From Candidatus Vogelbacteria bacterium RIFOXYD1_FULL_44_32 (GTDB taxonomy: Bacteria; Patescibacteriota; Minisyncoccia; Phycocordibacterales; XYD1-FULL-46-19): a stretch of 64,000 nt of DNA. Shown in pieces: positions 7,928 through 17,610 of this stretch; position 1 is the first letter of the stretch; each line of letters starts with the position of its first letter. The DNA is taken from assembly GCA_001823065.1 (NCBI GenBank), contig MHTJ01000002.1, positions 53,532 through 117,531 of the forward strand, in the 5' to 3' direction. The position numbers and the translations under genes are program-made. The notes under the pieces are model-generated. The model was given only the letters and a program-made list of their open reading frames with translations. It ran no database searches and was not told where the DNA came from.

Positions 7928-9670
7928 TTATGCTTGCCTCAAGTCAACTACGCGCAAGCGCAACTCCGGCCGGTTTTTAAAGGTTGATTTTTCAATATTT
8001 GCGAGCATGTCCACCCGCCGGCCAGGGGCCAGATTTACCCCCGGCCAAATATGACCCGAATCATAAGATAAATCACAACCAGAATCACAAGCAAAAAAGG
8101 CAATGGCCGAGATTTTATTGTCTTCATTATCTTTAAAAACAATTTCCACGTGTCCGCCGGTTTTACCAAAAGCTTTAGCGGAAACAATGGCTAAATTTTC
8201 GAGCCAAAACACTGGCTTGGGAAAATCTAGCCCATACGGCCCAATTTTTTCAATCTCTTTTTGCATTGCCCAGCCAATATCAGCCAGGCTAATTTTCAGA
8301 TCCGCCTCCTCCTCTTCCACCACCACCGTTTTGGTCATTTTTTTGTAGGCCTCTAATAGTTTTTTCTCTAACTTCACCAAATTCTCGGCTGGCAAAGAAA
8401 AACCACCCGCAAAAGCGTGACCGCCAAAATCACGGAAAAATTTTGGTTTGCCCGCCAAAGTCATTAGTTCAACCACATTTACTTTGCCGTCTGACCGGCA
8501 TGAACCTTTTATTTCGCCATTACCATTTTTGGCCCAAACAAAAACTGTCCGCCCATACTTTTCACTAATCCGCGCCGCCGCTAGTCCCAGCACCCCCAAC
8601 CCCCAATCCTCGTTGCCGACAACCAGCACCGCCGGCAAATTCTTGGTTTGATAATGTTTTTCGACAGTATCTAAAATTTCCGTCACTTGGCTACGTCTTT
8701 CTTTATTGCGCCCCTCCAAATCACAAGCAATTTGACGCGCCTCCTCTTCTTTAGTGGTCATCAGTAAATTAAAAGCCTCCAAGGCATGCGACATCCGACC
8801 CGCCGAATTGATACGCGGGCCAATCATAAAACCAATATCCTCTTCATTTATATATTCTCGTTTCAATTTTAAAACCCGGAAAAGCTCGAGGAGCCCCAGT
8901 CGGTGAGTCATTCGCAACACCATCAGGCCAAACTTGGTCATCGTTTTATTTTCGCCCGTCATTGGTACCATATCCGCTACTGTCGCAATCGCCACTAGTT
9001 CTAAGAGCCACTTTTCCCAACCAATTGGTATTGTCTCCAAATTACCGCGTGCTATTAGCGCCTGCACCAACTTAAAAGCCACTCCCGTCCCCGCCAAATG
9101 TTTGTAGGGATAGGCACAATCCGTCCGCTTGGGGTCAATCACCGCCACTGCTTTGGGTAATTTGGCTGGGGGCAAGTGGTGGTCGGTTACTACCACGTCT
9201 ATCCCCAACTCATTGGCTCGCTTTACTTCAACCAAATTAGAAATTCCACAATCAACTGTAATAATTAGTTGTACGCCATCAGCTTTAAATTTTTCTACCG
9301 CTACTACCGATAAGCCGTATTGTTCATTATGGCGATGGGGAATGTAAACACTAAAATTTTCGTAATTAATTTTACGAAAAAACTCGGCCAGCACCGCCGA
9401 AGCCGGCACCCCATCGGCATCATAATCGCCAAAGATTAAAATCTTTTCCTCATTTTCAATTGCCTGCAATATTCTAGCCACCCCTTTTTCCATATCCTTC
9501 AGTAAAAATGGATCGTGTAAATGTCTCACATATTCCGGCAAAAAAATCTCTTCGATTTCTTCTCTGGTTTTCACCCCACGATTTTTTAAAATAGCCGTGG
9601 CCACATCTTTTAGTCCAGCAAAAACATCACCTTTAGTTTTGCTAACCTTTATTTTCCACGCTTTTTGCAT
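7928..9670 (-). CDS. recJ: single-stranded-DNA-specific exonuclease RecJ
   Basis: DHH and DHHA1 motifs (ILIFGDYDADGV, VVVTDHH); 580 aa. Confidence 0.9.
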   Translation of the reverse strand: MQKAWKIKVSKTKGDVFAGLKDVATAILKNRGVKTREEIEEIFLPEYVRHLHDPFLLKDMEKGVARILQAIENEEKILIFGDYDADGVPASAVLAEFFRKINYENFSVYIPHRHNEQYGLSVVAVEKFKADGVQLIITVDCGISNLVEVKRANELGIDVVVTDHHLPPAKLPKAVAVIDPKRTDCAYPYKHLAGTGVAFKLVQALIARGNLETIPIGWEKWLLELVAIATVADMVPMTGENKTMTKFGLMVLRMTHRLGLLELFRVLKLKREYINEEDIGFMIGPRINSAGRMSHALEAFNLLMTTKEEEARQIACDLEGRNKERRSQVTEILDTVEKHYQTKNLPAVLVVGNEDWGLGVLGLAAARISEKYGRTVFVWAKNGNGEIKGSCRSDGKVNVVELMTLAGKPKFFRDFGGHAFAGGFSLPAENLVKLEKKLLEAYKKMTKTVVVEEEEADLKISLADIGWAMQKEIEKIGPYGLDFPKPVFWLENLAIVSAKAFGKTGGHVEIVFKDNEDNKISAIAFFACDSGCDLSYDSGHIWPGVNLAPGRRVDMLANIEKSTFKNRPELRLRVVDLRQA

Positions 9671-9722
9671 CGGGGTATTATAGCACCCCTTTAATTTCTT
9701 TTTTTACCAACATCTTTCTCCT

Positions 9723-9767
9723 GCCCCCAAAAGTATTGGACACTCGGTGTCCAATACTTTTGGGGGC
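9723..9767. promoter_or_regulatory. 45-bp perfect palindrome (21-bp arms, 3-nt centre) in the divergent recJ/HIT intergenic region
   Basis: gcccccaaaagtattggacac tcg gtgtccaatacttttgggggc; it lies between two divergent start codons, so it is not a terminator. Confidence 0.5.
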
Positions 9768-9792
9768 ACCTCATTTTTGCTATAGTGAGTAA

Positions 9793-10152
9793 ATGGCCAA
9801 TTGCATATTTTGTAAAATTGTCGCTGGCGAAATACCCGCCCACAAGGTCTATGAGGACGACCATTTCTTGGCTTTTTTGGATATCAACCCCGTTTCTGCC
9901 GGCCATGTCCAGGTTATACCCAAAACTCACTACCGCTGGGTGTGGGATGTACCCAATGTCGGTGAGTATTTTGAAATAGTAAGGAAAATAGCCCTCGCTC
10001 AGAAAAAAGCTTTCGCCACCGACTTTGTCTTATCTAAAATTGTCGGCGAAGATGTCCCCCACGCTCATATTTGGGTTTACCTCGACCCCGCCCTCTCTGG
10101 TGACAAAAAAGATTTTGAAGGGAATAGAGATAAAATAATCAAAGAAATCTAA
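9793..10152 (+). CDS. HIT family (histidine triad) hydrolase
   Basis: CIFCKI N-terminus; HxHxHxx motif PHAHIWV. Confidence 0.85.
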   Translation: MANCIFCKIVAGEIPAHKVYEDDHFLAFLDINPVSAGHVQVIPKTHYRWVWDVPNVGEYFEIVRKIALAQKKAFATDFVLSKIVGEDVPHAHIWVYLDPALSGDKKDFEGNRDKIIKEI

Positions 10153-10194
10153 AAACCTGCCCGAGCTAATGCTCGGGCAGGTTTTTAGATTAAT

Positions 10195-11325
10195 CTATTT
10201 TTCCAATGCCTTAATCCCCGGCAGTGTTCCCTTAGCAATAAACTCGAGCATCGCTCCACCCGACATAGAAATATAATTTATTCCACTTGAAAGGTGGTGA
10301 CGCTCCAGCGCCGCCACCGTGTCTCCCCCGCCCACCATTGAATACCCTGTCGCCTCGACCAAGGCCACCGCTATCTCCTCGGTCCCCTTACTAAAACCTT
10401 TTTCAAAATTACCCACGGGACCATTCCACAACACAAACTTGGCTTTAATTATTTTTTCCTTAAGTAAATCAATAGTGGCTGGCCCTGCATCCTGAATATT
10501 ATCTTGTTTACGCACCCCCTCTGGCTTTTTCACGACTCGTCCGTCTTTAGTTTTAACCACCACATCGATCGGTAACTGAATTTTTTTATCTTTTAAAACT
10601 TCCACCAAACCCTTGACCCCATCACCTACCAGCGACTTACCTATTTCATAACCCAGTTTGTGCCAGAGTGGATGAGCGAGCGCCCCACCCACAAACACAA
10701 AATCGGCTCGGGGCAACAGCTTCTTAATCACCGGCAACTTGGTTTCAAATTTGGCGCCACCTAAAATTAGCACAAAGGGGTGCCCGGCTTTATTTACCTT
10801 ACTCAATTCAGTATATTCCTTAGCAAAAGCCAGCCCCGCAAAACTAGGCAAATATTTTGGCACACCGACAATAGAAGCGTGAGCGCGATGGGAAGCCGAA
10901 AAAGCATCATTTATATAAATATCAGCGAGGCCAGCCAAGCGCTTAGCAAAAACCTTGTCATTTTTCTCTTCTTCTTCGTGGCGACGAATATTTTCCAACA
11001 ACATTACCGAGCCATTGGGCATCGCCTTAAAACGCGCTTCGTCAAAAACCAGTTTAGAAAAACCAATTTTAAGATGAGGCTCGAGAGCCCGCGCCACTGG
11101 GGCCAAACTTTCTGTTCCTGCTCGTCCCAAATGAGCCACCACTAGCACTTTGGCCCCTCGCTCGGCCAAATATTTTAAAGTCGGTAAAGCCGATAGAAGT
11201 CGGCTGTCATTGAGAACTTTACCTTTGGCGATCGGAACATTAAAATCGGTGCGCACCAACACAAAATTACCCTTTAAATCTTTGGTTTTTAGATCTGTGA
11301 TGGTTTTAAAAGGCAACTTTGACAT
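10195..11325 (-). CDS. pgk: phosphoglycerate kinase
   Basis: RTDFNVP and GGGDT motifs; 376 aa. Confidence 0.95.
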   Translation of the reverse strand: MSKLPFKTITDLKTKDLKGNFVLVRTDFNVPIAKGKVLNDSRLLSALPTLKYLAERGAKVLVVAHLGRAGTESLAPVARALEPHLKIGFSKLVFDEARFKAMPNGSVMLLENIRRHEEEEKNDKVFAKRLAGLADIYINDAFSASHRAHASIVGVPKYLPSFAGLAFAKEYTELSKVNKAGHPFVLILGGAKFETKLPVIKKLLPRADFVFVGGALAHPLWHKLGYEIGKSLVGDGVKGLVEVLKDKKIQLPIDVVVKTKDGRVVKKPEGVRKQDNIQDAGPATIDLLKEKIIKAKFVLWNGPVGNFEKGFSKGTEEIAVALVEATGYSMVGGGDTVAALERHHLSSGINYISMSGGAMLEFIAKGTLPGIKALEK

Positions 11326-11332
11326 AATCTGA

Positions 11333-12097
11333 TTATTTTATTTTATCAGCGATTTGTAAAATCTGTTTAAATTGGTCTGGCACCAGCGACTCTCGCCCCA
11401 CCAACAAACCATCGGCTCGGCCATCTTTCAAAAATCCTTCAGCATTTTTTACATTGACCGACCCACCATACAAAACCGGTAGGGCGAGCGCCAGCTCATT
11501 GCCAGCCAAACCGGCAAATACCTTGCGGATAAACAAGGCGTTGTGTAAAAAATTATCGGGCGTATCAGCCCCATGCGCCTCGGTGCCAATCGCCCAGATT
11601 GGCTCGTAAGCGATCATAATTTCACTATAATAACTTTTTTTCAAATCACCAAGACAAGCGCCAATTTGACCACGTAAAAAACTCAAATAATCACCGTGTG
11701 CATCACGTTTTTCCTCGCCAATGCAAATGATTGGTTTCAGGCCGGCTTTGACCGCCAGTTGGACTTTTTCCCGTACCACTTTGTCGGTTTCTCCCGCCCG
11801 CCTACGCTCCGAGTGACCAACAATCAGATAATCGGCGCCAATATTTTTAATCATTTTGGCGGAAATGGCGCCAGTCTCGGCTTCGTTCACCCCAGCACAG
11901 GCGTCTTGCCCACCCCAAAATATTTTTTTGGTTGGCCGCGGTGGTATCAGCAACGACAAATACAAAGCCGGCGGACAAATAATAGTCCGCGTTTTGGTCA
12001 GCTTTGAAGCAGTTTTTTTTAGAGCTAGAGCTAGAAGTTTAGCTTCCCGCGGTGAAGCCGGATTCATCTTCCAATTGGCCACAATAAATTTTCCCAT
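11333..12097 (-). CDS. tpiA: triosephosphate isomerase
   Basis: ANWKMN, VGHSERR and YEPIWAIGT motifs. Confidence 0.95.
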   Translation of the reverse strand: MGKFIVANWKMNPASPREAKLLALALKKTASKLTKTRTIICPPALYLSLLIPPRPTKKIFWGGQDACAGVNEAETGAISAKMIKNIGADYLIVGHSERRRAGETDKVVREKVQLAVKAGLKPIICIGEEKRDAHGDYLSFLRGQIGACLGDLKKSYYSEIMIAYEPIWAIGTEAHGADTPDNFLHNALFIRKVFAGLAGNELALALPVLYGGSVNVKNAEGFLKDGRADGLLVGRESLVPDQFKQILQIADKIK

Positions 12098-12151
12098 AAG
12101 CTATAGTATAACATCCCCACTAAAATCGGCCTCGACTCTAACTGACTCGCC

Positions 12152-13792
12152 TTAGAGTCGAGAGTGGGCGTGGCGCCGGATAAGAGCAATCGCTTCGTTT
12201 AAATCTATTTTACCAAGAGTAGCCAGCACAAAAATATCTTCATTTAGCTTGAGTGCCCCTTGTTCTCGGCTAAAATTCACAATTTCCTCGGGTTTTTTAC
12301 CATCTTTAATCATTTTTTCGATCGGCAAGGTGACTACTAGCGCTTCCGTGGCATAGATTTTAGTTCGATCAGGTAAAGAAATATCACCGTTTTGTTTTTT
12401 TACTTTAAAATTAGCTGTGGCAATATCAAAAGACACATCAACTAGGCCAGCTAAAACTAAATTATCCTTCATTTTTTCAAAATTGAGATAGCCCTTGAGG
12501 TCTTTCCACTCATTGGGCTGAAGTTGGCCCGCCACAGCCCGACTACCTAGGGTGGAAACAGGTTCAAGGCGCATAAAAATTTTAGTGACTGCTGACAAAA
12601 TATAGCGGTCGGGTAAAAGCTGATCCGTTTGACTCACTAAATCAGCTAAATTTTTTGCAGATAAACCCACAAACACCGCTATACCCCGCCCCGCCGCTCC
12701 CGCCAGTAGGGCCAAAGTTTGCGGTGAGTCAATTTCTTCCACCAAAATAGCATCAAAATCGTGCGGTAAAAGCCGACGCAAAATATCGGCGACGGGTTTA
12801 CCGGCTGTTTCTACCTGCTCCACGTGGAAAAGATAACGCTCTAGTTTTTTTTCAATTGAGAGCACTGGGTGGCCAGTGCGGGCCAACCTTTCAGCCAAGG
12901 CATAAAACAATGGCTTATTGGTCTCAACCATATCTCCCGAAATTACCGCCAACCCTCCTCCAGCGGTGATATTTTCTAGGACCTCTAGGTTTTCCCCCCA
13001 TAAACCAAGCTTGGCCAACTCATTATCACTTTGCCTAGAAAATATGGCGCGTTTGGACAAATCAGTCGTAAATTGTCCGGTGGGTGTAAAGTCATATTTT
13101 TTAAATAAATCAGGAAAACCGGCGGATTCGACTAAGCGCTGGCCAATATGCGGATTGGTAGCCATAGCATCATAAGTTTTTTGCCCAATCCGATAGCGAA
13201 CCAAAGTTTCACTCGGACTGACTTCAATCAAGATCCGGCGCGCCTGAGCTGAGCTCGCATCACGAAAAACCAAGTTAGCAACTCGCCCCAAATCGCGCTC
13301 GCTTTTTTCGTGAGCTAAACTGGCCCCAAGTTCGCGTAAATCACGCCCATAGCGCCCACCGAGCTCGCGTTGGTAAGACAATAAAAGTCGGCGGACCAGC
13401 GCTTCTGGGGCCAACCGCGGTAAAATATGCAACTCATCAGCTAAAATATTTTTCGCTTCTAAAATATCCTCCAAACGCAACCCAATCACTTCCAAGCCAC
13501 TAGCCGTTTCGCGTAGAGCAATCACATTGTGGGCCCGCGCCACTGGTTCGGGGATTTTGGCTAACACTTCATAGGGAATCTGGTCATCAAAACTACTCAT
13601 AAATGGCACCCCCGAGGCCCGCGCCTCGAGGCGGCGCAAATCATCGCCAGAAATTATTCCCTGCACCAAAATTCGTTCGGATAAAGATAGCCCCTTGTCT
13701 TTGGCTTCTTGCTCGAAAACATCCAGCTCGGCGCGAGTCGCCACGCGCGCCGACACTAACAGTTCTTTTAAAATCGAGGAGTCAATAAACAT
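12152..13792 (-). CDS. type II secretion / type IV pilus ATPase (GspE/PilB) homolog with two T2SSE_N domains and degenerate nucleotide-binding motifs (probable pseudo-ATPase)
   Basis: N-terminal GSPII_E_N-like repeats. The ATPase-core alignment is conserved, but Walker A reads GDMVETNKP instead of GPTGSGKT, Walker B reads ILVEEIDS, and the His-box is lost (VFVGLSAKN). Confidence 0.7.
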   Translation of the reverse strand: MFIDSSILKELLVSARVATRAELDVFEQEAKDKGLSLSERILVQGIISGDDLRRLEARASGVPFMSSFDDQIPYEVLAKIPEPVARAHNVIALRETASGLEVIGLRLEDILEAKNILADELHILPRLAPEALVRRLLLSYQRELGGRYGRDLRELGASLAHEKSERDLGRVANLVFRDASSAQARRILIEVSPSETLVRYRIGQKTYDAMATNPHIGQRLVESAGFPDLFKKYDFTPTGQFTTDLSKRAIFSRQSDNELAKLGLWGENLEVLENITAGGGLAVISGDMVETNKPLFYALAERLARTGHPVLSIEKKLERYLFHVEQVETAGKPVADILRRLLPHDFDAILVEEIDSPQTLALLAGAAGRGIAVFVGLSAKNLADLVSQTDQLLPDRYILSAVTKIFMRLEPVSTLGSRAVAGQLQPNEWKDLKGYLNFEKMKDNLVLAGLVDVSFDIATANFKVKKQNGDISLPDRTKIYATEALVVTLPIEKMIKDGKKPEEIVNFSREQGALKLNEDIFVLATLGKIDLNEAIALIRRHAHSRL

Positions 13793-13820
13793 TAGACATA
13801 ATTATACCAAAATTAAAACC

Positions 13821-13850
13821 AAAAATCCCCGCTCATCGCGGGGATTTTTG
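13821..13850. terminator. Rho-independent terminator
   Basis: aaaaatccccgc-tcat-cgcggggattttt. Confidence 0.65.
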
Positions 13851-13868
13851 GTGATAAATTAATTTATT

Positions 13869-16800
13869 TTACCAACCACAATTGTAAGTCGGACGACTAA
13901 CATTATTCACTTCTAGGCTTCCATTCCCCGCAGTGTTACCAATTGCCCCTCCAATAAGAGCACTTACCACATCTCCCCCAACCCTTCCTCCAATTACTAA
14001 ACCAGCACCGCCGCCGAGGGCACTCTTACTCCACACTACTCCAACATTCGAATAGGAGAATCTTTTACCATCACCTTGTGCCTCTTTAAAGATACAGCCC
14101 ACTTGATAACTCTCAATCGCCCCGGTTTGAGCCGCCACGTATTGCTGACAATCTCTAATGGTCCAAGACGAGGGAACTGGTATATTGCTTTCCACTACTC
14201 GAGGCAAAGAATTAAAAGCCTCATCAAGACTAGCTCTCATGTTGGCCCCTATATCGGGTAATATGTACCTATCCATCAGAGAACCAGCTGGTAATATGCC
14301 TCCAGCTTGAAATACTGTTACACAAGCATTGCCAAGACAGATTCTTTTATCGTTTGGTGGCACATTGTTTGCTGGAATATAAACGCGAGAATTATTTCGC
14401 GCTTCTGCATACCTGTCTAACATCGAAAGAAGGAAGGAACTAATTTTAAGCTTGAAATTATAGAAGGCTCCGCCCACCCCAATAGCCGTACACATTTTTT
14501 GCCCCTCGCCAGATGTCGCTGTATCCTTGTACCCAATTTTGCCGTCATTGTCGGCAACTAAAACCCGCGTACTAACATTATCAGCCGCCAAGCTTCTTAG
14601 CCTTACTTTTCCGTCTACATCTAGCTTTGTATTAGAATCAATATCTGCGGTACCAAGAGAAATAGAGCCACCACGGTCAATTCTTACATTATTAGCCGTG
14701 ATTCCTCCTTCAACATCAAGCTTATTACTTGGATCATTAGTCCCAATGCCGACCTTGCCCTCACGCGAGATTCTCATGGCATCCACAAGATGAGCACCAT
14801 CGGTAACAGTAAATTGAAGACCGCCATAATTAACAGCGCCAGTTGATGCTCGCTCGATTACACCACTAATTTGGGCCAGAGTTGCATTATTCGCTGCATT
14901 TCCATTTTTTGCGGCAAAACGTAAGCCAACGCCACTATTAGCGGAATTGGTGTTGTTTGCAATGATGGCAACAGGAAAATTACTCGTTCCCGTAAGGTCG
15001 GAGACTGTTCTGGCAGTTAAGCCCACAGTATAATTGGTGGTGCCATTATCAATATCTAACTTTGTTCCTGGTACATTGGTGCCAATACCCACTTTTCCAG
15101 TGTTAGTATTGTATATGTTATTACCACTCGTTGCCCATTGACCACCAACCGAAGAAGTATCAAAGCAGATTCCAGTTGTGCTACAAATTCGGTTCACTGT
15201 AAGCTTTCCAGCAATATTTACATCGTCAAACAATCTTATCAATCTTGGTTGCATTGGCACACCCTCAGCTACCACCACTCCACCATATACATCTAGAGAT
15301 TGAGGGCTAGTATTTTTGTATCTAATATAACCCACATCCTTGCCTTCTAGATTGAATGCACCAAATTTTAGTCGCCCTAATTCGGCAGCTGAAAAACTAG
15401 TGCCATCAACACCGATTGTTCCCGTTACATGAAGATTAGTACTAGGGCTATTGGTCCCAATACCCACCTTGCCAGTGTTAAAATCCACCACCAAAGGAGT
15501 TGCAAGGGTATTATTGCCGTTTGGATAAGTCACACTCGGGGAACCGACTTTACGAAACGTTAGAAGTGACCCATCCATCTGAATTCTAGCGTTTTTATCT
15601 GTCTCACCAGTTTGATTTAACAAAATACTTGGAGCGGCATTTTCACCAATAATCTGACCACTCGAAAATAGAGTCCCAAACGCAGCCAGGGCTCCATCAA
15701 TACGAGTGGCACCATTTACCTGAAGCTTACTCGTAGGAGCCGGATTACCAATACCTACGTTTCCATTGGAAGCAATCATTAACATTTCTCCGTCTGCTCC
15801 AAACTTATACCGATTAGACAAAAAGGTGAGTGGCGCACTAGAACCACCATCTTTAGTAGCAGCAATTATAGCGTCGGTGCCGTCGGCACCACCATTGCTA
15901 AAGAGAATATTAACAATACCTGTTTTAACGTGGAATTTTGTCTGGGGGTTGGCCGTACCAACACCAACATTGCCAGTCAGATTTTTATTGTAAATATTAT
16001 TGACATTGGCGGTCGATGAAGCCCATTTATCACCGCCGTTATTATTGGTAACCTCGGTACACAAATCCTCATCAGGACCAGAACATTTGTAAATATTAGA
16101 AGCATAAAGATTGGCCCAACGGCGAGTCGGACTACCGAGGTCATACCTATTATCGAGATGGGGTCCAACACTACCGTAAACCTGTAATTTAAACAGTGTT
16201 GGATCAACCACGGTTCCAACACCCACATTGCCAGAATTTAGATTGATTGATAATGGAGTAGCGGCAATATTATTGCTAGAACTTACTCGATTAAAACTAA
16301 GAAGGTTATTTTGAACTTGAATCCGAGCGTTAACACTAGAATTATCAGTGTCAAATAAAACCAAACTTGGTGAATGATTTCGACTCATAAGTAGACCTGT
16401 GGCCGAGATAATACCGTCTACTGTTAATTTATAGTCTGGGGTAGTTGTGCCAATACCTACTCGCCGAGTCAAAACTGATGGAGAGATCGCCGTTCCAGTG
16501 GAATTCAATGTCCACAAGCCATCCCCGCCACCGGTAAATGGACTACAGACGACAGCCCCCTCGGCACTGGTGGTACAAATATTATATTTAAAAGCGTTGA
16601 TAGTGCCACCAACAAACAAGTTGTCAAGCAAGTGCACCATCCTGTTGCCTACCGCGTTCCCACCACCGAAAATTCGCACCGAGATTCCTGGTTTACTGTC
16701 GGTGGAAACTACACCGTTATTGAAATAGAAAATTCGGCCCGCTTTTTCTTCTTTTATAGTAGTCGGAAACTCTTTACCCAATTCCAAAATCGAAGCTTGG

Positions 16801-16988
16801 CGCAAATTAAACCCGCCAGCTTTGGTCTGAGTGGTCGAGCCCACATTTATTGGGGTCGGAGTATTACAACCAGTCGGACCACAAGCTGGGTTTGCCCACT
16901 CCGCATACGCTACCCCCGCCACCAAAAAGACAAACGCAACTGAAACTAAGATAAGTGAGGCCTGCTTAAATGATGACGGGTAGTTCAT
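13869..16988 (-). CDS. large secreted surface protein (1039 aa) with seven tail-fibre-like G(N/K)VGIGTxxPxxKLxVxG repeats
   Basis: Signal peptide or TM helix (LILVSVAFVFLVAGVAYA); repeated motifs NVGVGTANPQTKFHV, GKVGIGTNSPSTNLHVTG, GKVGIGTNVPGTKLDIDNG, GKVGIGTNDPSNKLDVEGG and others; Gly-rich C-terminus. Confidence 0.8.
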   Translation of the reverse strand: MNYPSSFKQASLILVSVAFVFLVAGVAYAEWANPACGPTGCNTPTPINVGSTTQTKAGGFNLRQASILELGKEFPTTIKEEKAGRIFYFNNGVVSTDSKPGISVRIFGGGNAVGNRMVHLLDNLFVGGTINAFKYNICTTSAEGAVVCSPFTGGGDGLWTLNSTGTAISPSVLTRRVGIGTTTPDYKLTVDGIISATGLLMSRNHSPSLVLFDTDNSSVNARIQVQNNLLSFNRVSSSNNIAATPLSINLNSGNVGVGTVVDPTLFKLQVYGSVGPHLDNRYDLGSPTRRWANLYASNIYKCSGPDEDLCTEVTNNNGGDKWASSTANVNNIYNKNLTGNVGVGTANPQTKFHVKTGIVNILFSNGGADGTDAIIAATKDGGSSAPLTFLSNRYKFGADGEMLMIASNGNVGIGNPAPTSKLQVNGATRIDGALAAFGTLFSSGQIIGENAAPSILLNQTGETDKNARIQMDGSLLTFRKVGSPSVTYPNGNNTLATPLVVDFNTGKVGIGTNSPSTNLHVTGTIGVDGTSFSAAELGRLKFGAFNLEGKDVGYIRYKNTSPQSLDVYGGVVVAEGVPMQPRLIRLFDDVNIAGKLTVNRICSTTGICFDTSSVGGQWATSGNNIYNTNTGKVGIGTNVPGTKLDIDNGTTNYTVGLTARTVSDLTGTSNFPVAIIANNTNSANSGVGLRFAAKNGNAANNATLAQISGVIERASTGAVNYGGLQFTVTDGAHLVDAMRISREGKVGIGTNDPSNKLDVEGGITANNVRIDRGGSISLGTADIDSNTKLDVDGKVRLRSLAADNVSTRVLVADNDGKIGYKDTATSGEGQKMCTAIGVGGAFYNFKLKISSFLLSMLDRYAEARNNSRVYIPANNVPPNDKRICLGNACVTVFQAGGILPAGSLMDRYILPDIGANMRASLDEAFNSLPRVVESNIPVPSSWTIRDCQQYVAAQTGAIESYQVGCIFKEAQGDGKRFSYSNVGVVWSKSALGGGAGLVIGGRVGGDVVSALIGGAIGNTAGNGSLEVNNVSRPTYNCGW

Positions 16989-17030
16989 AAATATGATATT
17001 AAATTAATTTTAATTTTTAAATATAATTTG

Positions 17031-17369
17031 CTAATTATTTTGCAACTGTTTAATAATCTGCACTTTCTCCGCTTCCGTCGGCCCACTATCATCGGCTTGA
17101 ATTGACTGCAAAATCTGGACTTTTTCGGCTTCGCTCAATTTGGGCGCCTGGTCGGCTTCGGCCTGCAACTGGCGCATGATTTCGGCCCGGTCACTGGCTG
17201 GCAAATCCTTCGGCTGGCCTAATTTGGAAAAAATCAGGACGGCCAAAAAAATCACAGCCAAAAACACTAAAATTATTACCAAGGTCACCGCCCAAATTTT
17301 ACGCTCGGGAGTAGGAGTGGAACCAGGACTTAAAGGTGAGCCCGGAGTCGGCGTTAAATTATTTTCCAT
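17031..17369 (-). CDS. membrane-anchored hypothetical protein with an internal SEAEKVQI(L/I)QxIQ duplication
   Basis: Pro/Thr-rich N-terminus, one TM helix, duplicated AEKVQI motif. Confidence 0.5.
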   Translation of the reverse strand: MENNLTPTPGSPLSPGSTPTPERKIWAVTLVIILVFLAVIFLAVLIFSKLGQPKDLPASDRAEIMRQLQAEADQAPKLSEAEKVQILQSIQADDSGPTEAEKVQIIKQLQNN

Positions 17370-17501
17370 TGATATTAATTAAATGAGCCCAAAATATTTG
17401 GCCTAAACCTTTGGTCAAATTATAGCAATTACCACAAGCTAGGAGTAGCCAAGATAATATTTTAATGTTGATAACTTAAAATCTGCAGTCGGTCCACCCC
17501 C

Positions 17502-17529
17502 TTGACTAGATTTCTGTATTTGCTACTAT
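17502..17529 (+). promoter_or_regulatory. sigma70-like promoter upstream of nusA
   Basis: TTGACT, 16-nt spacer, TACTAT. Confidence 0.4.
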
Positions 17530-17610
17530 TAGGTGACGATTGTATGACCGCTATTCCGATTTGGGAGGGCGGATTTTTTAAACAAAAAATTATTAAAATA
17601 AAAAAATAAT

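Noticed and set aside
9691-9979. ORFs 9691-9930 (-) and 9785-9979 (+) around the HIT gene start
   Set aside because: They overlap the palindromic intergenic region and the well-supported HIT frame. No motifs were found.
10780-12155. Plus-strand ORFs overlapping pgk and tpiA (10780-11145, 11150-11332, 11696-12007, 11856-12155)
   Set aside because: They are antisense to the strongly conserved pgk and tpiA frames and show no motifs.
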